A stretch of 60,922 bases of DNA, counting the filler, from Sluysia triapertura (taxonomy: Eukaryota): the NCBI GenBank assembly GCA_046118255.1. It is 5 parts of 5 records of this genome, joined end to end, with 100 filler letters (N's around TTAATTAATTAA, not from the genome) between each part and the next. Parts side by side here need not be neighbours in the genome. Positions count along the whole stretch, not along the records: positions 1 to 12,695 come from JBJNIA010089571.1; 4 more parts are not named here. The stretch is one strand, 5' to 3'. Below are positions 1-12,795 of the stretch, one piece after another. Both the position numbers and the translations under genes were made by a program. The stretch's first letter is position 1; every line of letters begins with the position of its first letter. The notes beneath the pieces were generated by a model. It made no database searches, was not told the DNA's origin, and saw only the letters and a list, made by a program, of their open reading frames with translations.

Positions 1-233
1 AAACCGTCATTGAAAAATCTTAATTGTATGATTGAAACTATAACTAAAATAACATAACTCTCTAAAGCATCTATCAGCAACTTTTTACCATCAAACGAAC
101 TATTATCTCCTTTCAGAAAAACCATTTTTATTAATTCAAATTTGTTGCCAGACAATGTTACAATAAATAACATAAAAATCACCATGAACGAAAAAAGAAT
201 AATAACATATAAAAATATGGAAAGTCGTTTCAT
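1..233 (-). CDS. Possible first exon of a membrane or secreted protein (N-terminal hydrophobic anchor), running off the contig end
   Basis: ATG at 233 opens 77 stop-free codons: MKRLSIFLYVIILFSFMVIFMLFIVTLSGNKFELIK... Basic residues are followed by a ~22-aa hydrophobic stretch. No family motif; AT-rich DNA can mimic this. Confidence 0.3.
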   Translation of the reverse strand, partial: MKRLSIFLYVIILFSFMVIFMLFIVTLSGNKFELIKMVFLKGDNSSFDGKKLLIDALESYVILVIVSIIQLRFFNDG

Positions 234-806
234 CCATTATATATTAAAATTTGCGTAAATTTTATGGTGTCTAATTAAATAAACTGTGACTATTTAAATA
301 AACCAACAGCAGGATTCTAGAATGTTCTATAACATTCGAGAAACTTCTTTTCTATTTTTAGTATGAAATTTTCTTTTTTAGAAAATAAAATAAATTAATG
401 CTGTAAGTTGTTTTTATAGTTGTTTTATAGTATTAAAAGATTATAGAGAAAACCTAACAATTTCAACATTATGAATATTAATAAAATTCACTATTAATAA
501 AATGCACTAATTCTAATGTTATTTTCATGTGCACAAATTTTTCATGAAATTATGTAATTAAACAATTAAATTATTTACTCTTATATTTTAACAAGCAAGG
601 CCTTATAAAGGGTTCACTCTTTGTATCTTTCATTCTTTTATTTTGATTCCAATATTTTGTACTCATTTTCCATTAACGTATTTTGTCATAATGTTTTATC
701 ATATTTCCTCAAGAATACTTACTTTATTCTTATTTTGGGATTACCAAACTACGGAACAGAAAATATGTAGTGAAAATATAGAATTATAATATGAAGGAAA
801 AAATGA

Positions 807-1980
807 TGGAAACATTAAAAACATTGTTGGAGTAAAAATCATGAAGATGAAAACATTTATAATGTCAAGATGTTGGGATTGCCCAACTGTGTAACAGAAG
901 ATGAATGGCAGACACCTGAAATTACAAGTATATGATGAATCAATACAAAATGCTGAACAGAAACTCTAAAGAATTTTTGGAGTAGGAATGATGAAGATTG
1001 CCTTGACAGCTGAAGAATACCTTTGAGTTCTAAAGCTTGAAATGGACATTGAGAGCCTTTAAAGACATTAGAGAAGCTTTGAGCTTGTTAATCCTAAGAT
1101 CATCTAAGATCTTATTAATCTTTAGGTATTCTTGAAAACTTGATAAGCATTTGGGATCTTCGAGTAACCTTATAGAGTATTTAGAATCTTTAAAATATTT
1201 GAGAAACAAAATCATTGTTATTGGAATTAAGAATAAGTCTAGTTGGTAATAATTAACATGACAAAGTATATAATGAAAGCAGAAAGGTGAAGGTGAAAAC
1301 ATCTAGAGCTTCATGAATGCCTTACAAACTACTAAATAACTTTGGGACCTTAATAAAAACCTTTAAAAGTAAAATAAGATTAAGTCTAAAAATAGATTAA
1401 TTAAATAAAACATTAATTAACTTAATTAAAAAATTACGTTTTGTGAATAAATTTTCTATGTAAAATGCTATGTTAAATTTGAAATTGTGTATGTATTTGT
1501 TTTAAAAAGACTTTTCAGTGAAGTTATGATTTGACCAAGTTCATGTAAGGAAAGCCTTAATATTGAGCAAAGTCAAATTTTAACATAATTCTTAATTATG
1601 GAAAGTTTAATTTTTTATGCTTAGAATGATGCAAATATAATGAAATGAATATGAGATGATTGCTATGAAAGAGTAGAATCTAGAAGTGAATTTGAAATGT
1701 TTGTAGAATGGTTTGTTTGAGAATAAGAATCTTAAACATTTTTTTATTAGAAAAGTATGTGTGAAAATTTGAAAATCAATTAAATTCTAAAAAGTGAAAT
1801 TAAATTCATAATTTATAAGTATGTTAATAATATTGTTGATTGTTATTTTAATTTTGGAAGTAATTTAGGAAAAAATAGATTGATTAGAGTAAATGGAATG
1901 ATGATTAATAATAAATCAAATTTTTGTGTTTTGTACCTAATGAACCGTATCACGTAATTGTCAAAGTTGTTATTGTCTAA
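807..1980. repeat. Unclassified ~1-1.2 kb dispersed repeat, copy 1
   Basis: Colinear similarity with 47075-48040 and 60577-60922, e.g. aatctttaaaatatttgagaaa, taagtctaaaaatagattaattaa, atgaaagagtagaatcta. Confidence 0.85.
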
Positions 1981-2305
1981 TTCTCAAAGTATTTTTGATG
2001 ATTTGTGTGAGAAAGTGTTTTATTGTGAAACTCAGGATTGATTGGATGATGAGAGTATAAAATGAAAAACTTAAAAAATTTTACAACACAATCATATAGT
2101 CAGCTAACAAGCAATCATTACGAAAATCTATAACAATGGCGATGTTTTTTATTACTTTAATTATTTTATTTTAATTAAACATTTTTTGAGGGAAATATTT
2201 AACTAACTTTTGCCACTATTATAATTTTAAAGTTAGTGATAAATTAATTTTGGGAAGACTCCATGTCCGGATTATTTTATAACTTTTCTGTTATTAAAAC
2301 AGAAT

Positions 2306-2488
2306 AAAATTATTTGCAAATGTATAAATATTGCTTTTGTTTTCAGCTTTTTAGATTTTTAATTTTTAGTTGCGTCATATCTGGTTTCTTTGGACAGATT
2401 ATTGTGTGTTTAATATCTTAAAAGCAAAATTATTATTAATTTTGAAATTTAATCATTTTTTAGTTAATTTACTCTTATTATTGTATTT
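2306..2488 (+). repeat. 183-bp direct repeat, copy 1
   Basis: Identical by eye to 3703-3885 (offset 1397). Confidence 0.9.
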
Positions 2489-2815
2489 GATTTTGTAATT
2501 ATTATAATATTGAATTATTGTTATTAACATGAAAATAAAAACCAATTTTAGGATTGAATAAGTATCATTATTAAGATAAGAAAGTCTGTGATAATTTAAA
2601 CCTGATTTAGTTATTATTGAAGTTATTGAGATTCTATTTATTCAAATTTCAACAGCTGTTTCCTCTGTGTCCAATTTCATTATCTTTTTAATTATCTAAA
2701 GATAATGGAATTTGCGATAAATAATCCCCTTATCTTCTCAATTTCATTAAATTAAAATTAATATCATTATAAATTTCTTTTCTTATAGGTGTTGGGATAC
2801 TAAAATTGTTAGACA

Positions 2816-2887
2816 GGGCTGATAGCTCAGTAGCAGAGTATCGAACTGTGCAGCGAGAGGTCACTGGTTCGATCTCCGGTTATTCCA
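2816..2887 (+). pseudogene. tRNA-like sequence (tRNA pseudogene or tRNA-derived SINE head)
   Basis: A-box TAGCTCAGTAG and B-box GGTTCGATC. D arm (GCTC/GAGT) and T arm (ACTGG/CCGGT) pair. The anticodon stem is broken and the acceptor stem mismatched, so it is not a functional tRNA. Confidence 0.6.
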
Positions 2888-3702
2888 TTTTATGAAGTCT
2901 AACATAGGAATCTTTTGTACAATACGTTGTGCGTCAACTATATCTTGCTCGTCAAGTTCAATAACATATTTGGATTAGTATCTTTATAAACATCAATTTA
3001 TCGGTGTTTCCTTTTAAATTATTATTTAACCTTACAGAATATAAGCATGTAAGTGAGTCCACCGAATAATCTAAGCTTACAACTTATGGCTAGACCGTCG
3101 GATTTTTTAAAGAAATTTAGTACATAAATTCAATGGATGTCAATAATAAGTTTTTGGTACTTGAAGAGGTATATTTGTTATTATACTTAATGTCTTTTAT
3201 ATATTTTTCTTATTCTTTTAATTTAACTTTATTATCAACTTACAATGGATTTCAACATATAATGTTTTCAACATATAATTTTTTCAACTAATTTATTGAA
3301 GTTATAAGTGAGATTTTACAAAGGTTCTTTATTAAAGAGAATCTACTGAATATATTATCGTGAGTTTAACAAATTTACTAAGGTTGCATTTTATAGGAAA
3401 CCTTGAGAAAACAATATGTATCTTTTTGAAACTTTATTAAAATATTATTACTAAAATTCGTACAATTCGATATATTATATTTATTAATAAAATATATATA
3501 AAATTTATACAACTCAATATAATTAGATAGGAAATAAATAATTTATTTAGACTATTTTAATTTTTGTCATTTTAAATAAATAATTTATTAAGCTACCTTA
3601 ATTAAACGATAGGTGTTATAACTAGTAAAAAGATTTTTCTATATTTTACTAATGCAATTTTAAAATATTGCACAACTTATTTAAAATAAAACTGACGATA
3701 GA

Positions 3703-3885
3703 AAAATTATTTGCAAATGTATAAATATTGCTTTTGTTTTCAGCTTTTTAGATTTTTAATTTTTAGTTGCGTCATATCTGGTTTCTTTGGACAGATTATT
3801 GTGTGTTTAATATCTTAAAAGCAAAATTATTATTAATTTTGAAATTTAATCATTTTTTAGTTAATTTACTCTTATTATTGTATTT
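3703..3885 (+). repeat. 183-bp direct repeat, copy 2
   Basis: Identical by eye to 2306-2488. Confidence 0.9.
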
Positions 3886-6863
3886 TATTGTATTATTATT
3901 GTATTATTGTAGTTAAAAGTTCCAAAAATCTCCTTTGAATAGAGTCAAATTTGTCAAAAGAATCAACATTTTCTGAAAATCTTGATCGTTTAAAACCTTG
4001 TCGGATTCACTTAGTGAACTTTTTATAATATAATTTGAACGTATAAGTTTAAATACTTTTAAGTATATGAAATGATTGTTGTAAATGTTTATTTTGGATA
4101 GTATAAAGTATAGTATAACTTTATAGTATTACTTTGACCTTGAGGTCTAGATTGATTTTAAAAAATTATTTTTACATAAATTTAATTATAAGTTTGATTT
4201 TAAATAATTAAATTCTAATAATTAAATATAAATTATTACATAAATTCTAATAATATTTACGTTACTTATCTATTTATTAAAATTGTTTATTTTTATCAAT
4301 TTTAATTTCAAAATTCAAAATTACTTTTATTTTACAATTAAATTTATAATTACAATTAATTTATATCTTTATATACGTAGATTACATTATATCACATTAC
4401 ATTATTTTACATTAGATTACAACAGATTACAACTTAACACATTAAATATGTACTTCATTATTACTTAAACATCGAAACATATTTAACTTTAATTTTAAAT
4501 TATAAAACTAATTAAAATAACTAGTTTATACGTTATCTAAGTAGGTGCGCTTCATAATACATTATCATTAAAAATACTAATAAAACTCATAATTATACAC
4601 TAAATCAAATATTATTATATCATGAGCAAACACTTTTTATTAAGTTATTAAAGTAAACAAATTTTAATTAAATTAATTAACAAATGTACTTCAATACTTT
4701 AACAAATAAAACCTTGTAAAAGGTTATTTCTTCGTATTTGTCATTCTTTTGTTTTGATTCAAGTATCTTATAAGCATATTTTATTATTACAATTCATCAT
4801 AATAATTTTTCTTAATTCTTCAATGCTGTTTATTTTATTTTCATGAGCTATAACCCTTAGGTTTTTTATCCTTAACTAATCCCAACATAGTTAATGTTTA
4901 ATTTAAAACATGATGTTATATAATTTAGTGCAAAAGAATAGAAACAATTAAAGCTTGTTACAGTTGCATAAGAAAATATTTAATGTTACAACTTCATCAG
5001 TAATATGAGATAAAACAACGAAAAATCCACAAATTCTCACTCTACAAATTAAAACTCAAGAAATGTCATCTTAAGCACCAAAAAGCGTAAAGAAACACTA
5101 AAACAAAATTATAATCAGAAATTAGAAAATAAATATGAATAGAGGTAGGATTGGGTCACTAAATTAATACTCAAAAATATCCACGACTTAAACGTAGGTG
5201 CCAATAAAACCGGGAATTACGCCAAAAAAATCAATATTATCATGATTAGCATAAATAAATAAAATACATGGATAGAATTTCACAGGAGTTATATTACAGA
5301 GAAAATATATAGTATTATATTTTAAAATTTTAAATAACTAAATGTGTCGTTTTTAGTCTTTTTAACATCAATCCATAGCATTTGTAACACTAAAAGTTAT
5401 TGATTTTTGATGTATCTATTTATAATAGTGATATTTATAGATTTTTGATTTTCCTGATCACAATAATTATTTTGAAAAAATTTGGATTTGATTATGAAAT
5501 TTTGGAATAAATATAAATATAAAAAATCATTGTTTAAATTATTTTAAAATAAATAAAAAAATAAATTATTAGTTGTTAATATTAATTGTTTAAAAAACCG
5601 TGTCAAGATCAATTTTAAATTACTATAAGTAATATTCCAGTATTAACGACACAATTTGTTTTGATCACTTGTTAAGATTAGTTTCTCTTTTCAAATTTTT
5701 GAAGAATTTCAGAAAACTAAGTTTTGAATTCGTTAGTCCATTTTAATAAGTTTTTATACTTTTTAGTATCTTGCAAAATCTACGTAAACTATTATATATA
5801 TATATTAGAGCCAGTTTTAAATTACTTTTTATTTTATTAACTGTTATAGTTAATATTGTAAAATCATTATCGCTAATTGTCGCGAAGTTTTGTAAAATAT
5901 TTTTTTGTATACATATTAGTTGCGAAGTTGTGTAAAAATTTTGTTTTGATAATATATATTAGTGCCTAAAATTTTTATTCACGTTTATTATCGATTCTTT
6001 GCAAAGAATTATGCGTAAGTTAAACAGCTTCAAAATATTAAAATTAGTCTCCGAAATTTATCGGAATTGTAAAATTAAGTTAATTACAAATCCTGTTTAA
6101 ATATGATTTTCTATAAAATCATAAAAAATAATCAAGAATATTTTGAGTCTGTATTAATTCCATAAACATTAACATTTATTTCGGAATTTATCGAAAATTA
6201 TAAAATACATTGTTTACAATCCCTATTATTTAAAAGGAATCTTTCCGATAGAAATATACTAAAGCGATTTAATTACAGAGATACAAATATGCTTATTAAG
6301 TTGAAACATTCATTCAATGTGAATTATTAGGATTACGATTTGACCTCATACAGTTACTTACTTTTAAAATCCAACGCCTAGCCCTAACTGGTAAGTCTAG
6401 ATGGTGAACTCAAATTAACATCTTTATTCGTGAGCAAAAACAAAATAAAACCTCACAATAGAGAAAATATTATATTAATTAATATCAGAGAAAACAGGCT
6501 ATATAACTGTAATATAATATCAATTATATGTAAATTTTTGCAGAATTAAATTAGATAGGTAGTAAACGTAGAATTAAGGGGAAGTTAATTATAATAAAAT
6601 GTTATATGATGGCTACTTATTGTTATGGGTTAAAAATTATATAAGGAACAAAATTTTATGAAAATACAAGATATTTTATGACTTATTGAATCATATTTAC
6701 CAAATTTATACTTTCGTGTTTAGCAAAATCTTTTCTGATTACTATAGCACCAATTCAAGGAATGCTTGCATTTCATAGCGAATCTACAAAGTAAGTGTAA
6801 TATTCAAAGTTAAAATTAAACTAAAAAATAAAAATAAATTATTAAGTGTGCATCATTTCTTAA

Positions 6864-7010
6864 CACTAAACGCATATCATCACTGGTCATTTGAATGGGA
6901 CCTATATATAAAATTAAGTTATATTATAAAATAGTAAAAACAATACATTTTTCTTTTTCTTGAAAGTACAAGCTAAAAACGGTCATATGACCGTCGTAGT
7001 GAGCTCAGTG
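6864..7010. mobile_element. Non-autonomous piggyBac-type MITE (CACT...AGTG termini)
   Basis: TTAA at 6860-6863 and 7011-7014. Left end CACTAAAC matches the left end of the piggyBac at 26957. Subterminal GGTCATTTGA and GGTCATATGACC. Confidence 0.6.
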
Positions 7011-7729
7011 TTAAAGACAATTTTAGATATTTAAGTCCAACATTGAAATAAAATCTTACAGATATGAAAAAGATCATAATATAGCTATATTTAAAAAATT
7101 AGAACTATTTAAAGATTTGTCATCTTCAGTAAAATTCCTCCAACAGATTACTATTTATTTCGATTTGTGTCATTTCAAAATAATACTTCAACGTTTTCGA
7201 TGTCAAAATGGTCTTTGACCTAGTCACTTCAAAAAACCAAATGCCTTTACAATAGAATTTATTAATTATTAGATAAAAATAAGTAATGATGGATTATATT
7301 CAAAATATTATCAACAATATAATTATTTTATTATGTAGATGTTAGGAACTCATAAGTTGTTGTTTGTACTGTTGTCGAGTTAATATCAATATCATTGAAA
7401 ATTCATATTAAACATAGTCTTGCGTAAAAATAACTCCCAGATGAAGTTACTTTATGTTTACTGATAAAATTAATCAATTGATATTTTATTACCAGACGGT
7501 TGTTTATGTATAAACAGAATATCACATGTAGCTGGTGAAATTTAGTTTTATTAGCTAAGAAATATTAAAATTGTATAATTATAAATAATATGCTATAAAC
7601 AATATAAAATCAATTTATAAATCATATTAAATTTAGTTTTATTTTTAATACGATTTATATAATATATGCTCATTGTTTCAGACTTTTATAAACTAGTTAA
7701 AATGATTTTTCCAATTTACATTTGTTACA

Positions 7730-9680
7730 TTAAAAATGTTGCTTTTTATTTGTATTTTCTTCTATTATTGTTGTAACAGATAAAGAAGGTCTTTGTTTAG
7801 AATTCTTTGTACCATATAACTTATATTTTATATTTTTCAAATCAGTTCTATAAGTTTGCTTATGTTTTGATATAGACGGAGTTGTTTGACTAGCCCTTTC
7901 TAATATCACTTCATCTGTATCAGGTTCCGTTTTTGAACAAGGTATTTTATTTTTAAAATTTTCAATGTTCAATGATAATTTAGAATTTTGAGTACAGCCA
8001 TCTCTATCACCATTATTTTCGTCATTATCTTTATTTGATAAAGTTTTCAATTGAATTTTTTGTAACTTTTCATTAAAACTGTCCATTTTATTTGTTATTT
8101 TAATCGATAAATTTTAATAATTTATGATTTCGTTTCACATTTGTCGTTGTTTTCATTGATTTTCGTATAAATTTATTTTTAAAATACTTTTCTTTCGCAG
8201 AATTGGTGAACTGTTTTTGCATTGTTTTTGTTAATTTATTTTTATCATTGTTTTTTTGCGAACATGTTGATTTCATATCAGGTTTTATACAAACAGTTTT
8301 TGCAATAATATCTTTTTCTGACATTTGCTTTGTGACTTTATCATTTTTATCATCACCAATATTTTCAAACATAAGCTCAGTCATTATGCAATTTTCTACA
8401 TCATCATTTATTACATTTTCAGTGGAATTTATCTTAGTTTTTAAATTCATTTCCAAATTATTATTTATATCTTCACTTATGTCACATTCTGTCTTAATTA
8501 TTTCAGATTCTGATAAAATTTCTTGATATTCTTTTTCCGATTTTAGTGATGCTGATAATGAATTATGTTTACTGGACATTGCCGATGCATTAACTTGTTT
8601 ATCTGTATTTATGGATTTTATTTTGATTTTACAAGATGATGAAGAAGATGACGAAGATAAATTTTTAGGACAATATCCTATATTACTTTTGTTTTGTTTA
8701 TCATTATTGTGATCCATTTTTTCTTCATTTATGTCATTTTCCGTTTTTCCATCTTTTGAACATTTACCAAAAATATTCCCAAATGTACATTTAGTTTTTA
8801 CTTTCTCAGTTTCTACAAATTGATTTGCTTGATCAACAGTCGGTTCCAATATATCGTTCAGAAAATCTTCGTTATCAACCTTTGTACTTAACGAAGCCTG
8901 TGTCATTGTCATTATACTTACATCATCAGGTCTTATAGATTTAATATAAGCATCACTTAAATCTACTAAATATGTTTTACTATTTTCTTTAACTGTATGT
9001 TTAATTTCTTTTGTGCTTTTAATTATATGTTTTTCTACATTAATTGATGCTTGTAATGATTTTGGTTTTTCTTTTCCGCTAGTAATAAAAATAGGATTTT
9101 CTTCTGATAGATATGATTTACTATATTCAGTTCCAGGATCTTTTATTGATTTTAATACTTTATCTTTGTCCTGTTCTACATTAATTGAAGTTTGTAGCGA
9201 CTTCTTTTTACCTTTAACACTTGTGTTGTACGCTTGACTTAGTTCTGAGAGATATTTCTTACTATATTCTACATTCATGGTTTGAATCGACGTTATATTA
9301 TCTTTTTCAGTATCTTGATATACATTCGTTGACGTTTGTAATGGCCCTGTTACTTCTTTAACACTACCAATATAAGCCTGACTTAATTCTACCAAATATT
9401 TTTTTATTGTAATCCTTCGAATTTAAAGATTTAATCGGCTTAACATCACTATCTTTATCTTCATATTTTACATTGATTGGTACTTGAGAAGAAGTTAGAT
9501 TTTTCTTATATGATTGACTAAGTTCAACTAAATAGTGTTTATCATATTCTGAATTTGGACCACTTAATATTTCGATTTCTTTATTAAGTTCATTAGGTTC
9601 ATTTGTAGAAGCGTTTTTAAGCGATGAATTGTGATGAACTATATGTGAAGAATTATGGTGAATACTATATGACGAGTTCC
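7730..9680 (-). CDS. Large terminal exon of an unrecognised Lys/Ser/Asn/Glu-rich protein with five ~47-aa repeats; two apparent single-base frameshifts
   Basis: Acceptor tgtag|GG at 9681/9680. The frame is open to the T7 run at 9399-9405, continues as ORF 8100-9395, then as ORF 7730-8086 after a shift near the T4 run at 8112-8115. The repeat motif continues across the first shift. Confidence 0.65.
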
Positions 9681-12600
9681 CTACAGTAATAAAATTTAAA
9701 CAAGTTTGATAAAATTTAATTATTAGCTGTATGATTTTAAAATGTGTGGTATTATGAAAATTGTGTTTGTGTTTTTTGTTGATTTAATATTTTGCATTAG
9801 ATTACACTGAAGTTTGTTTAAGATTGTGTTGACGTTTGTCTAGGATTTGAGTGTTTTGATTTTGAATTCATCACATCAGTCTTATTAAGTAAAGTTACAT
9901 TTAAATTATTTTCTATTAAGTCTATTTGTTCTGAAGTTTAGAGTCTTTACTAGCTTCTGATGAACAGATGACAAATCTTTTTATAAATTTAAAATCTGAG
10001 ACTTTATCTTCTTTGGATTTAGTGAAAGAAACTAAAAATAAAAGTTTATTAAATACAACATGATATATGTAAACGTAAATGTTAGATAAAAACAAAACAT
10101 ATCATACGTATCTTCCGTTAATATTCTTAAAATGGATTTTATTTACTCAATTAATTTATTTTTAAATATTAAATTATTTTATGCGTTTATCTTTAATATA
10201 ACTTAATTATCAAAGGTTTCATTTTAATAAACCGAATGAATTGTGTTAATTTTAATTTAATAAACTTGCTATAATTCAATTATGAATAACTTACAGAAAT
10301 ACTTTTCCTCATATGGTAATTGTATAATAAATTCCAAAGTATTCACTTCAGTAATTTCTAATTTTAATATTTCCAATATGAATTTACTATAAATTCCATT
10401 TCATAATATTTATTCCAACATTAATATTAATATATATTAATATATTCCAATTTCAATAATTCTAATATTACTTTACTATACTACAAAATCCATTCTATAA
10501 TATTAATAATTTCTAGTTATTCTGTAAAAACTACTCTATTCAACTCTCTATAATAATAAATTCTGACTATAAATTCGATTCTATAATTTTTATAAGTAGT
10601 ATATTATTTAATTTTTATAATACTTATAACTTTAATGGTTTATTAATAATTAATTATAGCATAATTTTATATGATAATTTATAACATTTTAATTTTAAAT
10701 TTATCTTAATTAATTTTAACTTTTAACATAATTATAAAACATTCCTTTGAAACAGTATTACTAATATTACTTCTCTTAACAGTAACTTCTGTTACTAATT
10801 AATAGAAGTTTCGATTATTTATTTAATATTTAATATTTATCATATAATTTATATATAACGTACATGCTAAGAGAGACTGATAAATTTAAACAAAATTTCT
10901 TTAACTTGATTATAAATAAATTTTTATACTCTCATATAAAGTCACTTGTGCAGAATGGTTTATAAAATTTAAGTGCATTTTTATGTAACAATTAAGTAAA
11001 TAAGATTTAAATTCTATATATTATTCAATTATTATAATATTAAATAGACTTATAATATTATAATTATAATTTACGTACTTACTCAAAATTAAATTTTGTT
11101 CTGATGTATTTCCTTCTTAATTTTATGTATCATTCTAATTTACTGATAAAAATTAAATTTTCGTTAAAGGGAAATTATTACAGAAGATTTCAATTAAATA
11201 TTTCAATTAAGCACAAACCAATTACCAAATTGCAAAATCAATTTAAATAGAATTATCAGAAACTAATTTTAATTGCTTGTTTTTTTGATTTATTCACGGA
11301 AATAACAATTGTTTTTGTTTATTTTTCATTTAAAGTATATATAATAGAAATAAGTTTTTGTTGTTTTAGCAAAATCAAGAATATTCTGAAAATATTTATT
11401 TTCCATTATTTTTAAATAGATGCCAAAGCTTTTAATAAGTGATTTAAAGTTAGTTTATTTATAGTAATTAACTTATATAAGTACCTACATAAATGCTTTT
11501 AGTTTATAATTAAAAATTAAAATTATCAAAACTTTTAGCTTACCAAAATGAGTAGTAGATTTTTCCTGATTAAATATTGGCATTCTGCTCATAGTTGGTA
11601 ATTAAAAGTTAGATTTTATTTCATTAACCATATGGTTACGGATTTCGTATTAATGATGTATTATTTTACTTTTTTAGTTATAGATTATTATTTTATTGTA
11701 CTTATAATTAAAGCTATTTTCAAAACTTAACGAAATTATTTACAAAAAGTAATCGCATTAAAAATTTAATGAAAATGTGGTGCAATTAAAAATACAATCT
11801 TATTTAAAGTGTTATAATTTATGTTTACGAATTTTTAGTAATAAAAATGAATAATAATAAATATTACTTTATTTTTTCAAAAAATATTTCTTAAAATTTA
11901 TGGTATTTATTTTGAAATCTTGAAATTTATTTATGCCGAATAATTTTAATTTATTCTTAATACTATCTTATAATATTGTAAAACGCCATGTTAAGCGTCG
12001 ACAGAATAAAAAAATAATAGTTGGAATAATAATGATACTAATAATAATTATTATTTAATAATAATTAAAAAATGTAATCTGAGATTAGGGCGTTATGCCT
12101 ATTAATCGAGATTAATTGAAAATTAATATTTTGTTAAGGTGTGACACCAGATTAATATAAATAGCGAGAGATTTCGCTAAAAAAGGCAGAATTTAACTCA
12201 ATGACTTATTTGGCCCCTGATAAAGTTATAGTATTAGGAATTATTCGCTAAAAGATTTTGCAATACTTTATCGAGCTATTTAAGTCGTAAGTTAATTTTG
12301 TTAGGTTTTATACTTCGACAACCTAAAGATTAAATTTTCATTTAAAATCTAAAAAAATTTTATGCTAGAACAACTCAAGAATTAACACTATTTATACCAC
12401 GATTTTGTGTGTACCTATTTTTGTACCAGGTATCATATTTAGATCTAGGATGAGCTGAATAAATTTAGCAATTATTATATGAAAAGTCAAAAAATGAATT
12501 GAGAAACAAATGCTAGTCAGAAAATAATTTCAAATTAAAATGTTAAAAGGTGGCCTTTGACACTTTTGGTATGCTGGGTTCTTTTCTAATCTAAAAGCTT

Positions 12601-12695
12601 ACCTACAGCAAAAATAATTAATATTTAATAGTTATGAGTCCGTTTACAGTATACGACTTATCTGTGGCGTACCTGTAAAATCACTTAAAGTAATT

Positions 12696-12795
12696 NNNNN
12701 NNNNNNNNNNNNNNNNNNNNNNNNNNNNNNNNNNNNNNNTTAATTAATTAANNNNNNNNNNNNNNNNNNNNNNNNNNNNNNNNNNNNNNNNNNNN
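12696..12795. other. Artificial contig linker
   Basis: N44 + TTAATTAATTAA (stops in six frames) + N44. Confidence 0.98.

Noticed and set aside
1008-1045. Hammerhead-like CTGAAGA...GAAA in the dispersed repeat
   Set aside because: The catalytic core is not conserved across the three copies and stems I and III are absent
4283-4468. Short F/I/L/Y/N/K-rich ORFs (also 41614, 41991, 51470, 55498, 55614)
   Set aside because: Composition expected by chance in low-complexity AT-rich DNA
6328-6400. Minus-strand tRNA-Leu-like remnant (GGCTAGGCGTTGGATTTTAA)
   Set aside because: Cloverleaf and B box too degenerate to support
8203-9237. Plus-strand ORFs 8203-8526 and 9013-9237
   Set aside because: Antisense shadows of the minus-strand exon
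12696-12795. Palindromic TTAATTAATTAA recurring four times about every 11-13 kb
   Set aside because: Always centred in exactly 100 nt of N padding: an assembly-joining linker, not biology
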